A stretch of DNA of 63,628 nt, filler included, from Octopus bimaculoides (taxonomy: Eukaryota), in the NCBI RefSeq assembly GCF_001194135.2. It is 9 parts of 8 records of this genome, joined end to end, with 100 filler letters (N's around TTAATTAATTAA, not from the genome) between each part and the next. Parts side by side here need not be neighbours in the genome. Positions count along the whole stretch, not along the records: positions 2,536 to 15,996 come from NC_068988.1; positions 16,097 to 22,649 come from NC_068983.1; positions 22,750 to 27,483 come from NC_068982.1; 6 more parts are not named here. One strand, 5' to 3'. The notes under the pieces were generated by a model. That model had not been told where the DNA came from and ran no database searches. It saw nothing but the letters and a program-made list of their open reading frames with translations. The translations under genes were made by a program, and so were the position numbers. Positions 12,516 to 23,513 of this stretch are shown here, in pieces (within the stretch, counting starts at the first letter, position 1; each line of letters starts with the position of its first letter).

Positions 12516-12780
12516 TCATCATCGTCGTCATTTAACGTCCGCTTTCCATGCTAGCATGGGTTGGACGATTTGACTGAGGACTGGTGAAACCAGATGGCTA
12601 CACCAGGCTCCAATCTGATTTGGCAGAGTTTCTACAGCTGGATGCCCTTCCTAACGCCAACCACTCCAAGAGTGTAGTAGGTGCTTTTACGTGCCACTGG
12701 CACAAAGGCCAGTCAGGCGGTACTGGCAACAGCCACGCTCAAAATGGTGTATTTTACATGACACCTGCACAGGAGCCAGT
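12516..12780 (-). mobile_element. RTE-type 3' end with (ATG)n tail and a GGCGTTAGGAAGGGCATCCAGCTGT domain
   Basis: Tail ..AACCCATGCTAGCATGGAAAGCGGACGTTAAATGA.. . Further copies at 27680-27970, 28527-28741, 29505-29779, 31595-31950 and 60901-61003. Confidence 0.8.
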
Positions 12781-13049
12781 TTATATATATATATATATCA
12801 ATTAAGGATAAAAATCTAAATAGGATTTTATCAAGTAGCTAGCATGTAAAAACCAATTAAGGTATAAATTAATACAAAGTATATAATTTTATAAATATAA
12901 TTATAAAATTATAATAAGGGCAATTACGAGGTAATGTCACATGCTGGAAGAAGACGCCAAATGGCTCTAAACTACTTTATCTATCACATAGACACGTGTT
13001 GAAAGCGAGGGAATGAACAAAAAAATTTTTTGACTATTCTTGCAGAATT

Positions 13050-14084
13050 GAAGCCCATTCATGGTAAAGTTTTACCTTCAGCGTGTCAAGCGAAGCATGA
13101 GGAGTGCTGAAGACCCTTGTCTCTAAAATGGACTAAGCATAAAAATCCAATGGTTTGAGATTGGGGCTTCTTAACAGCCATATATCCTTGTCTATGAATG
13201 ATGAAATGCTTTTCTGAATCCAGTGATGTGTCTGTTTGGAGCTGTGGGATGGTGCCACGTCCTGCTGGAGGCTCCAAGGTGCACCATGAAAGTGTTCATT
13301 TGCCCATGGAAGCAGTTCTGCATCCAGAATGTCACCAATGTATCACTGGGTATTAATTTTAAAACCAAAGGGAACAAAAACGAGAAGAGACCTTCCAGTG
13401 GCTGTCACAGCAGCCCAAACCGTAACTGACTATGGATTCTGACATTGATTTATGAGTCTACCCTCGACATAGCCAGTCATTCTGGTGGTTTACTGTGTTT
13501 GATGTCAAATTTCTTTTCATCAGTGAACACCAGGTTGGGCAGCAGGCCTTCAGCAATCTGACACAGGATAAGATGACTTTTCTCCAGTCTCATGGCCCTA
13601 TAAACTTGCATGAACTCATGACAAAGGATCATCTTGTAGGGGTGTGTCCTGAGATCCTCCTTCAGTACTCGATACATCAATGTTCGGATTACTTTTGCTG
13701 TGGCAGCCAGTTTTCTGATGGAACAATGAAGATTTCACTGTATCATTTCTCTGGTACTTTTGATTAGTTGAGGGGTCTGCACACTTGTTTTTTTTTTTTT
13801 TTTTGGTCATGTCCAGGTCGATTAGCATTGGAACCAGTCTTTTGAAGTTTCTAGACAATTTTCCAGACTGTATTTCGGTTAATTCTAAGCTTTTTTGTTA
13901 TAGTCGTATTACTTTTACCTCCTTTGTGGAGGGTTATGATTGTATTTCAGTCTACAGCCATTATTTAATTTATAAACCCGAAATTATTTAGTCTGAAACA
14001 AAAAGAAGACACACTAAGCTTTTACCATGATGCGTAATTTTATTAAAGCCTGAAACTTCAGTTGCTTTAATTTTGGGACACTTT

Positions 14085-14085
<1 letters not shown>
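13050..14085 (-). mobile_element. Tc1/mariner-superfamily transposase (maT/DD37D-like motifs), decayed, one TIR visible
   Basis: LVFTDEKKF, LLPWANEHF..WSLQQDVAPSH and an SPNLKPLDF-like motif; TIR TA|CAAAGTGTCCCAAAATTAAAGCAACTGAAG at 14056-14087. Confidence 0.85.
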
Positions 14086-14139
<54 letters not shown>

Positions 14140-14656
14140 TACACACACATATTTATTTATTAACATTTAACAAAAGCAACAGAATAACTCAAGGGCCAAA
14201 AGTTTCATGCATTGACACTAATTTAAAACTCTCAGCACTAGAGTAACTCTGTTGCTTCTGCTAAATATTAACAAAATACATATACTCATATTTTGATTCT
14301 ATTTTTCTGTGTGCATCACCATACGTGTGTGTGCATGTGTGTGTGTTTTTATACATATATATGTTAAGATTTCACTGAAGTATAGTGATATTAATATCAT
14401 GCTGTTAGAACTCACTATACATACATATGCTGTGATATGAAATTAATAGAATGGCAAGGGAAGAGGAGTTATGTAGTCATCTTCATTTGCTGTTTGTGCT
14501 ATAAGAAGCAGTGCAATTAAAGCTGAGTGCTTAGGCATCACCTTATAGCCTTTAAAACAAAGTGCATGTTTATTTGGGGAAGCATTTAAGAAAGCTGGAA
14601 GTTACTGAAGTCTTATTCCATTGTTGTTCCATTAATTTCTGAAAGAAGCCTGTTGA

Positions 14657-14693
<37 letters not shown>

Positions 14694-15598
14694 TCCCCCA
14701 ACTACTGCTTGACAATTGGTGCTGGTGTGTTTACATCCCTGTAACTTAGAGGTTCAGCAAACAAGATCATTAACATAAGTGCCAGACTTAGAAAAAAGAT
14801 AGAAGTACTGAGGTTGATTCTAGGTGATGCCCCAGCATGGCAGCAGTCTAATGACTGAAACAAATAAAAAGATAAAAGATATCCCCTTAGGGGCTAAATA
14901 CTCATGGGGTTAGTTTTCTCTGTGTACACAACCGAAATAATCCTATCTGATATTTTGACCCTAACCAACCATAGGTCAGAACCACAGAGATTACCCAATC
15001 CTACCTGGTGCATATATATATATGTATATANNNNNNNNNNNNNNNNNNNNNNNNNNNNNNNNNNNNNNNNNNNNNNNNNNNNNNNNNNNNNNNNNNNNNN
15101 NNNNNNNNNNNNNNNNNNNNNNNNNNNNNNNNNNNNNNNNNNNNNNNNNNNNNNNNNNNNNNNNNNNNNNNNNNNNNNNNNNNNNNNNNNNNNNNNNNNN
15201 NNNNNNNNNNNNNNNNNNNNNNNNNNNNNNNNNNNNNNNNNNNNNNNNNNNNNNNNNNNNNNNNNNNNNNNNNNNNNNNNNNNNNNNNNNNNNNNNNNNN
15301 NNNNNNNNNNNNNNNNNNNNNNNNNNNNNNNNNNNNNNNNNNNNNNNNNNNNNNNNNNNNNNNNNNNNNNNNNNNNNNNNNNNNNNNNNNNNNNNNNNNN
15401 NNNNNNNNNNNNNNNNNNNNNNNNNNNNNNNNNNNNNNNNNNNNNNNNNNNNNNNNNNNNNNNNNNNNNNNNNNNNNNNNNNNNNNNNNNNNNNNNNNNN
15501 NNNNNNNNNNNNNNNNNNNNNNNNNNNNATATATATATATATATATATATAAACTATTAAGGTGGCTATTCGCAATTTACAACCAAAAGACAAAAGTA

Positions 15599-15957
15599 CA
15601 ATTGTCACTAAAGTGACTAAAGGTGCAAGTCACCAGCAGTACTAAAAATAGGAGTCAAAACAACTCTTAGCCATGGGCAAGCATTTATCTAATGACTAAC
15701 AAGAGAGACAAGTTCCCTACAGCAAGTGAGATAGAGTCAGATCATAGATGATTTGGGATTTGAGTAATCCTCATCAGTGACCCTTACTCAATTGCCGAGG
15801 GCTAAATCTAACTTGCCTTGTCAATTCATAGAAAATACTGTAGGAATCAGTGATGGAGTCAGTCATTAGATAAGTGCTTGCCTGAAGCTAAGAGCTGTTT
15901 TGACTCTTATTTCTAGCAATGCTGGTGCTTACTAGCACCCTCGGTCACTTTAGTGAC

Positions 15958-15962
<5 letters not shown>
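15599..15962. mobile_element. Foldback/MITE-like element with ~100-bp inverted arms
   Basis: Arms 15599-15697 and 15861-15962; the terminal 19 bp (CAATTGTCACTAAAGTGAC) match perfectly. Confidence 0.85.
15734..15783 (-). ncRNA. Minimal type I hammerhead motif with a G12 defect, in the loop of the foldback
   Basis: GGGTCA-CTGATGA-GGAT(TACTCAA)ATCC-CAA-ATCAT(CT)ATGAT-C-TGACTC. All three stems form, but GAAA reads CAAA. Confidence 0.7.
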
Positions 15963-15996
<34 letters not shown>

Positions 15997-16119
15997 NNNN
16001 NNNNNNNNNNNNNNNNNNNNNNNNNNNNNNNNNNNNNNNNTTAATTAATTAANNNNNNNNNNNNNNNNNNNNNNNNNNNNNNNNNNNNNNNNNNNNTCTT
16101 CTATGGTGTTGTATTAAAA

Positions 16120-16384
16120 GTGTTAGTGGTGAAAGGAAATGACGATGTACTCCGGCAGACTCTAGGCGACGATGAATTTCAACTCGCCCGTCTGTTCCAG
16201 GAGGACTTTTGGGCCGGGACCTATGGATAACTTCCAGAAATCCTTGGCCTGGCAGTGCTACCAGGGGTTTTGCCTGTTCGAGATGAACTCTACGGGCACG
16301 GAAGTGCCGTCAGTCGGACCTGCCCGAGATGTGCGCATAGCGACGAAACCGTTCTGCTCACACCCGTCCAGTGTCCGAGCATAT
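16120..16384 (+). mobile_element. Tx1/L1-clade LINE C-terminal zinc-binding region
   Basis: FQKSLAWQCYQG, then (frameshift) LPVRDELYGHGSAVSRTCPRCAHSDETV...VQCP, a zf-RVT-like pattern. Confidence 0.75.
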
Positions 16385-17151
16385 NNNNNNNNNNNNNNNN
16401 NNNNNNNNNNNNNNNNNNNNNNNNNNNNNNNNNNNNNNNNNNNNNNNNNNNNNNNNNNNNNNNNNNNNNNNNNNNNNNNNNNNNNNNNNNNNNNNNNNNN
16501 NNNNNNNNNNNNNNNNNNNNNNNNNNNNNNNNNNNNNNNNNNNNNNNNNNNNNNNNNNNNNNNNNNNNNNNNNNNNNNNNNNNNNNNNNNNNNNNNNNNN
16601 NNNNNNNNNNNNNNNNNNNNNNNNNNNNNNNNNNNNNNNNNNNNNNNNNNNNNNNNNNNNNNNNNNNNNNNNNNNNNNNNNNNNNNNNNNNNNNNNNNNN
16701 NNNNNNNNNNNNNNNNNNNNNNNNNNNNNNNNNNNNNNNNNNNNNNNNNNNNNNNNNNNNNNNNNNNNNNNNNNNNNNNNNNNNNNNNNNNNNNNNNNNN
16801 NNNNNNNNNNNNNNNNNNNNNNNNNNNNNNNNNNNNNNNNNNNNNNNNNNNNNNNNNNNNNNNNNNNNNNNNNNNNNNNNNNNNNNNNNNNNNNNNNNNN
16901 NNNNNNNNNNNNNNNNNNNNNNNNNNNNNNNNNNNNNNNNNNNNNNNNNNNNNNNNNNNNNNNNNNNNNNNNNNNNNNNNNNNNNNNNNNNNNNNNNNNG
17001 TAACCCCACTTTGTCCTTCATGTTTTGTAATGTCCAATCTTATTTTTGTTGGCCCTTGTGGCTAATGAAGAAAGGATTATTATTATTGTTGTTGCTGTTG
17101 TCGTTGTTGTTGTTGTCGTCGTCGTTGTTGTTGTTGTTGTTAAATTTTCAC

Positions 17152-17177
17152 CCGCCAAATTCAATTTCCAAATTCAT
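17152..17177 (-). CDS. Possible first coding exon MNLEIEFGG (resembles the Urm1 N-terminus); unverified
   Basis: ATG with an upstream in-frame stop, phase-2 GT donor (GG|GTGAAA), nearby CCAAT and YY1-like motifs. No downstream exons are visible. Confidence 0.2.
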
Positions 17178-18102
17178 TGATATCGTGACATTGAAGTTTT
17201 CTTTTTCCAAATCTCAGTTGATGGTAACAGCTGACGACTCACTCGTGTCTTTATTTACAACATGGCTGCCTTCGTTTACGATGAAATATGGAACAGCCCA
17301 ACCAGAGTCGAAACTCTGAATAAGTTGTCAATCCACCATAACCCTATAAAATATTTCCTTTCGTACACATGTCAGCCAATAAGATTAGCCACGTCTCTCG
17401 TAGCTATCCTATCGACAAATATTATTTGTATTTCTAATTTATCGTGTTTGTAAGCAAAAAGAGAAATGTTATACATTATATATACAGAATGTAGATATAA
17501 AAGTTATATGCACGATTAGCAACTTATTTTGTATACTTGCCGTCGTGTGCGCGCGTTCGAGCGTGCGTGTGTTTCTATTGAGAGGGAAACCAGTTCCTTT
17601 CATTTATACATTCAAGAGCAATCACACACACACACACACACACACACAGTACACTGTTTTGTTTTTATCGTATATTGAATGACAAATCCATGTTTACGTT
17701 GCAAACAAAGCACTGAAATTTGAGATTTATTTTTTTGTTGGTAACATATGTCGTCATTTTGTTTACAGCATGTTATCGCTTTGTTCAAAAGACGGAGATA
17801 CCGCTCTCCACACCTACATCACCACAACCACAACCTAGATGATCACAATGCAATTACTTCCCATATTTCATGGGGCATTAAACCCTCGAATATCAAGCCA
17901 CAAACTGTCTATTGATTGAAGAATCTGAGGATTTCTTTATTGATTTTAAGCGTTGAATAATATCAATGATTGACGGATAATTTCCTGTTAATAGGGGAGA
18001 GATTAGAGAAGATTGTGCTGCCAGTGTATTTCGATCTCTGCAAAGCATTTACAGACTTTGGCTAACTGAATTATTTAAATTATCCCTTCTTCGGAATATC
18101 CC

Positions 18103-18300
18103 TTCTTATGAAAAATTATTTTAACAGTTGCTGAAATATTTATCTATCATTGTTCTTTTTTTAAAAAAAACCTCATTCAATTCTCGTTGTTCTTTAATAA
18201 ACTTTTCAACAGCCGATTGGTTTTTCAAGCCCGAGCCTGATAGAAATTAGTAAAGCGTTTCATTTCCAGCAGTTGGCCGATAATACTATCATTATAATCA
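18103..18300 (+). repeat. ~197-bp direct repeat of 22239-22435
   Basis: Near-identical sequence; this copy abuts an N gap. Confidence 0.9.
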
Positions 18301-19055
18301 NNNNNNNNNNNNNNNNNNNNNNNNNNNNNNNNNNNNNNNNNNNNNNNNNNNNNNNNNNNNNNNNNNNNNNNNNNNNNNNNNNNNNNNNNNNNNNNNNNNN
18401 NNNNNNNNNNNNNNNNNNNNNNNNNNNNNNNNNNNNNNNNNNNNNNNNNNNNNNNNNNNNNNNNNNNNNNNNNNNNNNNNNNNNNNNNNNNNNNNNNNNN
18501 NNNNNNNNNNNNNNNNNNNNNNNNNNNNNNNNNNNNNNNNNNNNNNNNNNNNNNNNNNNNNNNNNNNNNNNNNNNNNNNNNNNNNNNNNNNNNNNNNNNN
18601 NNNNNNNNNNNNNNNNNNNNNNNNNNNNNNNNNNNNNNNNNNNNNNNNNNNNNNNNNNNNNNNNNNNNNNNNNNNNNNNNNNNNNNNNNNNNNNNNNNNN
18701 NNNNNNNNNNNNNNNNNNNNNNNNNNNNNNNNNNNNNNNNNNNNNNNNNNNNNNNNNNNNNNNNNNNNNNNNNNNNNNNNNNNNNNNNNNNNNNNNNNNN
18801 NNNNNNNNNNNNNNNNNNNNNNNNNNNNNNNNNNNNNNTAACAGTTCGTCTCGCCTTCATAGTGGCTGGAGTGAAAAGAGAGTTGACCACAGGTCACACG
18901 TGAGCAGAGAGGATGGTAGAGGGAGGAAGTGGAACAAGGAGGAAGAGAGAGAGAGATGTGTATAGCAGTGAAGTGGAAGCCAGGACAACAGAAGGAAGCA
19001 GAGCAAGAGGGGGAGATGGGTAAGAAGAAAGATAGATAGGCAGATAGATAGAGAA

Positions 19056-19148
<93 letters not shown>

Positions 19149-19340
19149 TTTAGAGTCGCGTCAGAATAATAAAGTACAGACTTACTTGCAAAAAGGACGC
19201 GTACGTTCGATGATGTAATATTACAAAGAATATATATGCATGTATACACACATATATGTACATACTTAGATGGTCAAGGTGATATGTAGTGTGACCATCT
19301 AATAACGACTCATATCAGAAAGCTGAAATAATATATATAA

Positions 19341-19844
19341 TGTGCCAGTTGGAAAAGAGAGAGACACAACCACGTAGAAGGCTTATGAAAGATTTATTGA
19401 TATATTTACATGCATCTGTGTGGGTTGTATGTTTGCTGTTAACCATGGTGAACAGCACTATGTTAGAACCTGTGCAGTGCTGCTGGTGCTTTGTACGTAG
19501 AGATGTTGTTGACGACGTTGGTGAGAGACATGATGGTGGCGATGAAGATGGAGGTCACTGTAATGCTGTTGGACGGGTGTTGTCGTGTGGTCAGTGGCTA
19601 GACCTTAGAAGGTCTGGAACCAAAGACCTTCAGATAAGGAGAAGTTGAGTTTTTATAGATAAACAGTAGGCTCAAATTGAATTGTGAACAGGCTGTCTCG
19701 TGTGATCTTATTTAGGGACTCCGATTGGTTAGGTTGCATATTGGCGCGCTAGAGTAAGAGACAAATTGCGCCAATGCCAACCAATCAGAGTGATGGACAC
19801 AACGGAGTCCAAATAGTGTCCAAAGGTTAGCTGTTATCTGCTAC
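19341..19844 (-). mobile_element. Solo-LTR-like compact Pol II unit
   Basis: Minus strand: four CCAAT boxes (19724-19786), TATAAAAA (19650-19657) and AATAAA (19393-19398) followed by a GT/T-rich tract. TG start on the plus strand; no TSD found. Confidence 0.4.
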
Positions 19845-19853
19845 GTTTGGATG

Positions 19854-19898
<45 letters not shown>

Positions 19899-20215
19899 AA
19901 GGAGAGAGAAATTTTACTNNNNNNNNNNNNNNNNNNNNNNNNNNNNNNNNNNNNNNNNNNNNNNNNNNNNNNNNNNNNNNNNNNNNNNNNNNNNNNNNNN
20001 NNNNNNNNNNNNNNNNNNNNNNNNNNNNNNNNNNNNNNNNNNNNNNNNNNNNNNNNNNNNNNNNNNNNNNNNNNNNNNNNNNNNNNNNNNNACACACACA
20101 CACACACACACACATATATTGATAGAAAGGACAACAAAAGAAAGAAAGAGACCTCGATATTATGCAAATAGAGGAATTTATCTGTAAAAATATGTGACAC
20201 TTATTCAGTAGCCAT

Positions 20216-20276
20216 GATAAAACTCCGAGTTTCGGATGCCAGGGTGGGAGCCCACGCCAACATCTCTTCAGTTATC
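20216..20276 (-). ncRNA. Type I hammerhead ribozyme; predicted GUU cleavage between 20221 and 20220
   Basis: GATAA-CTGAAGA-GATG..GTGGG(CT)CCCAC..CATC-C-GAA-ACTC(G)GAGT-T-TTATC. 5-bp stem I, long stem II, palindromic stem III. Confidence 0.75.
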
Positions 20277-20814
20277 CGGCCAATTGCGCCCCACCTGCAA
20301 GTGGAATTTAAACTCAGAACGTAAAGATGGACGAAACGCCGCTACGTATTTTGTCCGCTGTGCTAATGATATATATATTTTTTCACCATTTAGACGTTTC
20401 TGCTTCTTTGGTGCGTAGATTACCTTGCGTTCGATTGCCTTGATACAGTGTGGTTCTGGACAAGACGTATCATTTCTGAGTGTATTACATTTTATTTATT
20501 TTAAGAGCCGGACGTACCTCGATAATGCTGTTGTGTTCTTTTTTTCCTGTCTAAATGTACAAGAGTGTCGAGTAAATTTATACTTGAACTCATTTTCCGT
20601 TTGGCTTCTACTTTTCTTGATGGTCTCACATTACATTACGTTTGTAAACAATATTTTATACCATCATTTAGAGTCAACGAGGTCATTTAGAATGTCCAAG
20701 CAATTGCAGCCAATTGTAAATACCCGAGATACTAAATTACTTACAATGGTAAAAGCAATTATGATGACCTTGCTACAATAATATTATTAAAACATTAATA
20801 TTATTAGCACCATG

Positions 20815-21300
20815 ATGCGCTGGACGGACGAACCGATTAAATTCTTTGGAATCTAGTTAACTTCAGATATAGGTGGAGAAGAATTAGGACTAAGTGACGA
20901 GGAAATCCAGAAATAGACCGGGAGAACAAAATCCCTGAAAAGTCGAACAAAGATAGTGAACATCACTTCCGTCATTTGTTATTGCATGGCTGTCGTGTCT
21001 TATCCCCGTTCACGTCAGACTGAACTGAACAGTCTGCTGTTCCCCTTTTTGCAGAAGGAACGTGCCCTGCTGGTCAAGCGCTTTCTTTGTTGTCAACATT
21101 CGTTGAGTACGGGACTGGATACATCGCCATTGAAAATACACAAGCATGCGCCGCTGCCACATCTCAAGCAGTCCATTGACGGTGAACAGATGTGGTTGCT
21201 GTTTATCACACGCTTACAACCATCTTTGGATTATTGGCAAATCCACCCTCGTACCTCATTTAATGTCAAACACCAAAATCAAGCAGTTCCCCTTGACTCT
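20815..21300 (+). mobile_element. Tx1/L1-clade LINE ORF2 fragment downstream of RT (decayed)
   Basis: WTDEPIKFFGI, KSLKSRTKIVN..SVICY..VVSYP, LLFPFL...LVKR..CQH..TGL: the post-RT pattern of Tx1-like elements. Confidence 0.7.
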
Positions 21301-21644
21301 TTCCTGCATCCCTTTTGTGCCTCTCGTAATAGATTCTCTTTATTCCAGAAAGTTATATATTTCGTTTGCTATGAGGCCAGTTAATAATTTCCAGAGTTAT
21401 GGGTCTAAACTACTGATTTATAATTGCTAACTTCTCTACTCTTCTCTTTGGCCTATTTCAGCAATGTCCCATTTGTCATCCATGTTGGTGATCGATTTTC
21501 TTCTCAGTCGGCAAAAGAAACGGTTGCATACAGCGATACACGTCTGTGAAATTTTAAAGCCAGAACCTCTCAACAGAATCTAGTCAGAGAGTTTCCTAAT
21601 CTGGTACCTTTGCGGCATTTCGTTACTTTTTCATCTGTAATATT

Positions 21645-21855
21645 CTTTTCTACTCTAGGCACAAGGCCCGAAACTTTTGGTAGGGGTCCAGTCGATTAGA
21701 TCGACCCCAATACGCAACTGGTACTTAATATATCGACTCTGAAAGGATGAAAGACAAAGTCGGCCTCGGCGGAATTTGAACTCAGAACATAAAGACAGAC
21801 GAAATACCGCTAAGCATTTCGCCCGGCGTGCTAACGTTTCTGCCAGCTCGCCGCC
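21645..21855 (-). mobile_element. SINE family B, full length, with target-site duplication
   Basis: tRNA-like head GGCGGCGAGCTGGCAG..GTTCAAATTCC; TSD TTTTT(C)TCATCTGTAATATT at 21627-21644 and 21856-21875. Confidence 0.9.
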
Positions 21856-21889
21856 TTTTTCTCATCTGTAATATTGATATTTCCTTTAA

Positions 21890-22105
21890 GGCGTTGAGCT
21901 GGCAGAGTCGTTAGCTTACCAGACGAAATGCTTCGCGGCATTTCGTCTGTCTTTACGTTCTGAGTTTAAATTCCACCGAGGCCGACTTTACCTTTTATCC
22001 TTTCGGGGTCGATAAATTAAGAATCAGTTGAGCGCTGAGGTCGATGTAATCGACTTATCCCCACCACTAAAATATTGCTGGCCTTGTGCCAAAACTGTTA
22101 GAAAG
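21890..22105 (+). mobile_element. SINE family B, head-to-head with the preceding copy
   Basis: Same consensus in the opposite orientation, about 34 nt away. Confidence 0.88.
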
Positions 22106-23134
22106 TCCTACTGTATAGCGTTATATTTCCGCAAGTTGATTGGTCGATAATCAGTGCCATCTTTGGATTCGACAGAAACTACAAAAAGCAAATGTTCGTC
22201 AAGGACCTGTCATAGAAGGCCACCGAGAGTTATAATCATTCTTATGAAAAATTATTTTAACAGTTGCTGAAATATTTATCTATCATTGTTCTTTTTTTAA
22301 AAAAACCTCATTCAATTCTCGTTGTACTTTAATAAACTTTTCAACAGCCGATTGGTTTTTCAAGCCCGAGCCTGATAGAAATTAGTAAAGCGTTTCATTT
22401 CCAGCAGTTGGCCGATAGTACTATCATTATAATCAAACTAATCTTTATGAGTCTCTTGAATTCATCTTCCAAGACGTATACCTGGTCCTTAAAGTTTTCT
22501 CATGAACTGTCAAATTTATTGGACACAGTTTTTCGAATGTTTGGTTGTGCCAATTTGGCTACATCAATTACGTTAAATTATTTTTACCTGATTCATGCAA
22601 ATATTTCGAATTTGGAACGTAGCTGTTCGTGATTAGTTATATTCTTATANNNNNNNNNNNNNNNNNNNNNNNNNNNNNNNNNNNNNNNNNNNNTTAATTA
22701 ATTAANNNNNNNNNNNNNNNNNNNNNNNNNNNNNNNNNNNNNNNNNNNNATATATATATACATACACACACACACACATCATATTAAACGAAACAACAAT
22801 AGGGTTTTTATGTGTGAGACTGTTTGGCTGTGTGTCTGGTGTATTGAAGATCAAGGAATTCTTTTTTTTTTCAAAAAAAGCATAAATGAAGCGAACAATC
22901 GGTTTTCGTGCCTATCCTCACCTACAGTCATAAATGTTGCATAATGACCAAAAGAGTACGATCGCACATACAAACAGCCGAAATAAGGTTTCTCTTAAGA
23001 ATCTCTGGAGTAACGTTATTCGACAGGGTTCGGTGATCTGAGATTAGAGTCTCACTAGGTTGAATCGTTACTTCTCTGCATCGAGAGGTCAATCACAATT
23101 CCGGCTATACGGGTATGTGATTAGAATGTAGCAG

Positions 23135-23365
23135 GAAGGAATCTCAAGAGGGATTCTTCAAGCTCTAGCCAACCGGAACGGACGTAGGAGTAGAGCAAGA
23201 ACAAGGTTGTTGGATGATATCCAGTCACAGTTGGTCACGCTTGGGAATCCAACAAGATATCATAATGACGGTTGCTTCGGTTCGGACCCTACAGAGGGGG
23301 TACGTGAGGAATCTACCCCCACGACCTTTCCAGGAACAGTGGACGGAGAAAAAACGATGGATGTT
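23135..23365 (+). CDS. Candidate phase-0 coding exon (77 codons), product unknown
   Basis: Open frame EGISRGILQALANRNGRRSRARTRLLDD...GEKTMDV between CAG and a GTAAGT donor; non-repetitive and more GC-rich than the flanks; weak pyrimidine tract. Confidence 0.25.
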
Positions 23366-23513
23366 GTAAGTAAAAAAAAAATCTAAGTGAAAAATATAGG
23401 AATTAGATTGTTTATTTCGTTTTATTAAACTGATTTTTGTATAACGAAATTATGAAACATGGTTTTTAAGGAGCCCAAGCATCGAATAGGAATTTTTCAA
23501 AAACTTTAATTTA

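Larger units (their letters stand above)
12199..12519. repeat. ~320-bp foldback element with ~150-bp arms and a ~20-nt loop
   Basis: Arms 12199-12347 and 12368-12519 are near-perfect reverse complements, with an identical ~70-bp core. Confidence 0.95.

Noticed and set aside
12575-12600. CTGAGGA..GAAAC in the RTE-type tail (all copies)
   Set aside because: No stem II, no NUH site and no stem I; not a hammerhead.
18103-18300. 197-bp repeat as a mobile element (copy 2 has TATAATCA on both sides)
   Set aside because: No TIRs or tail, and one copy abuts a gap; a local duplication or artefact is more likely.
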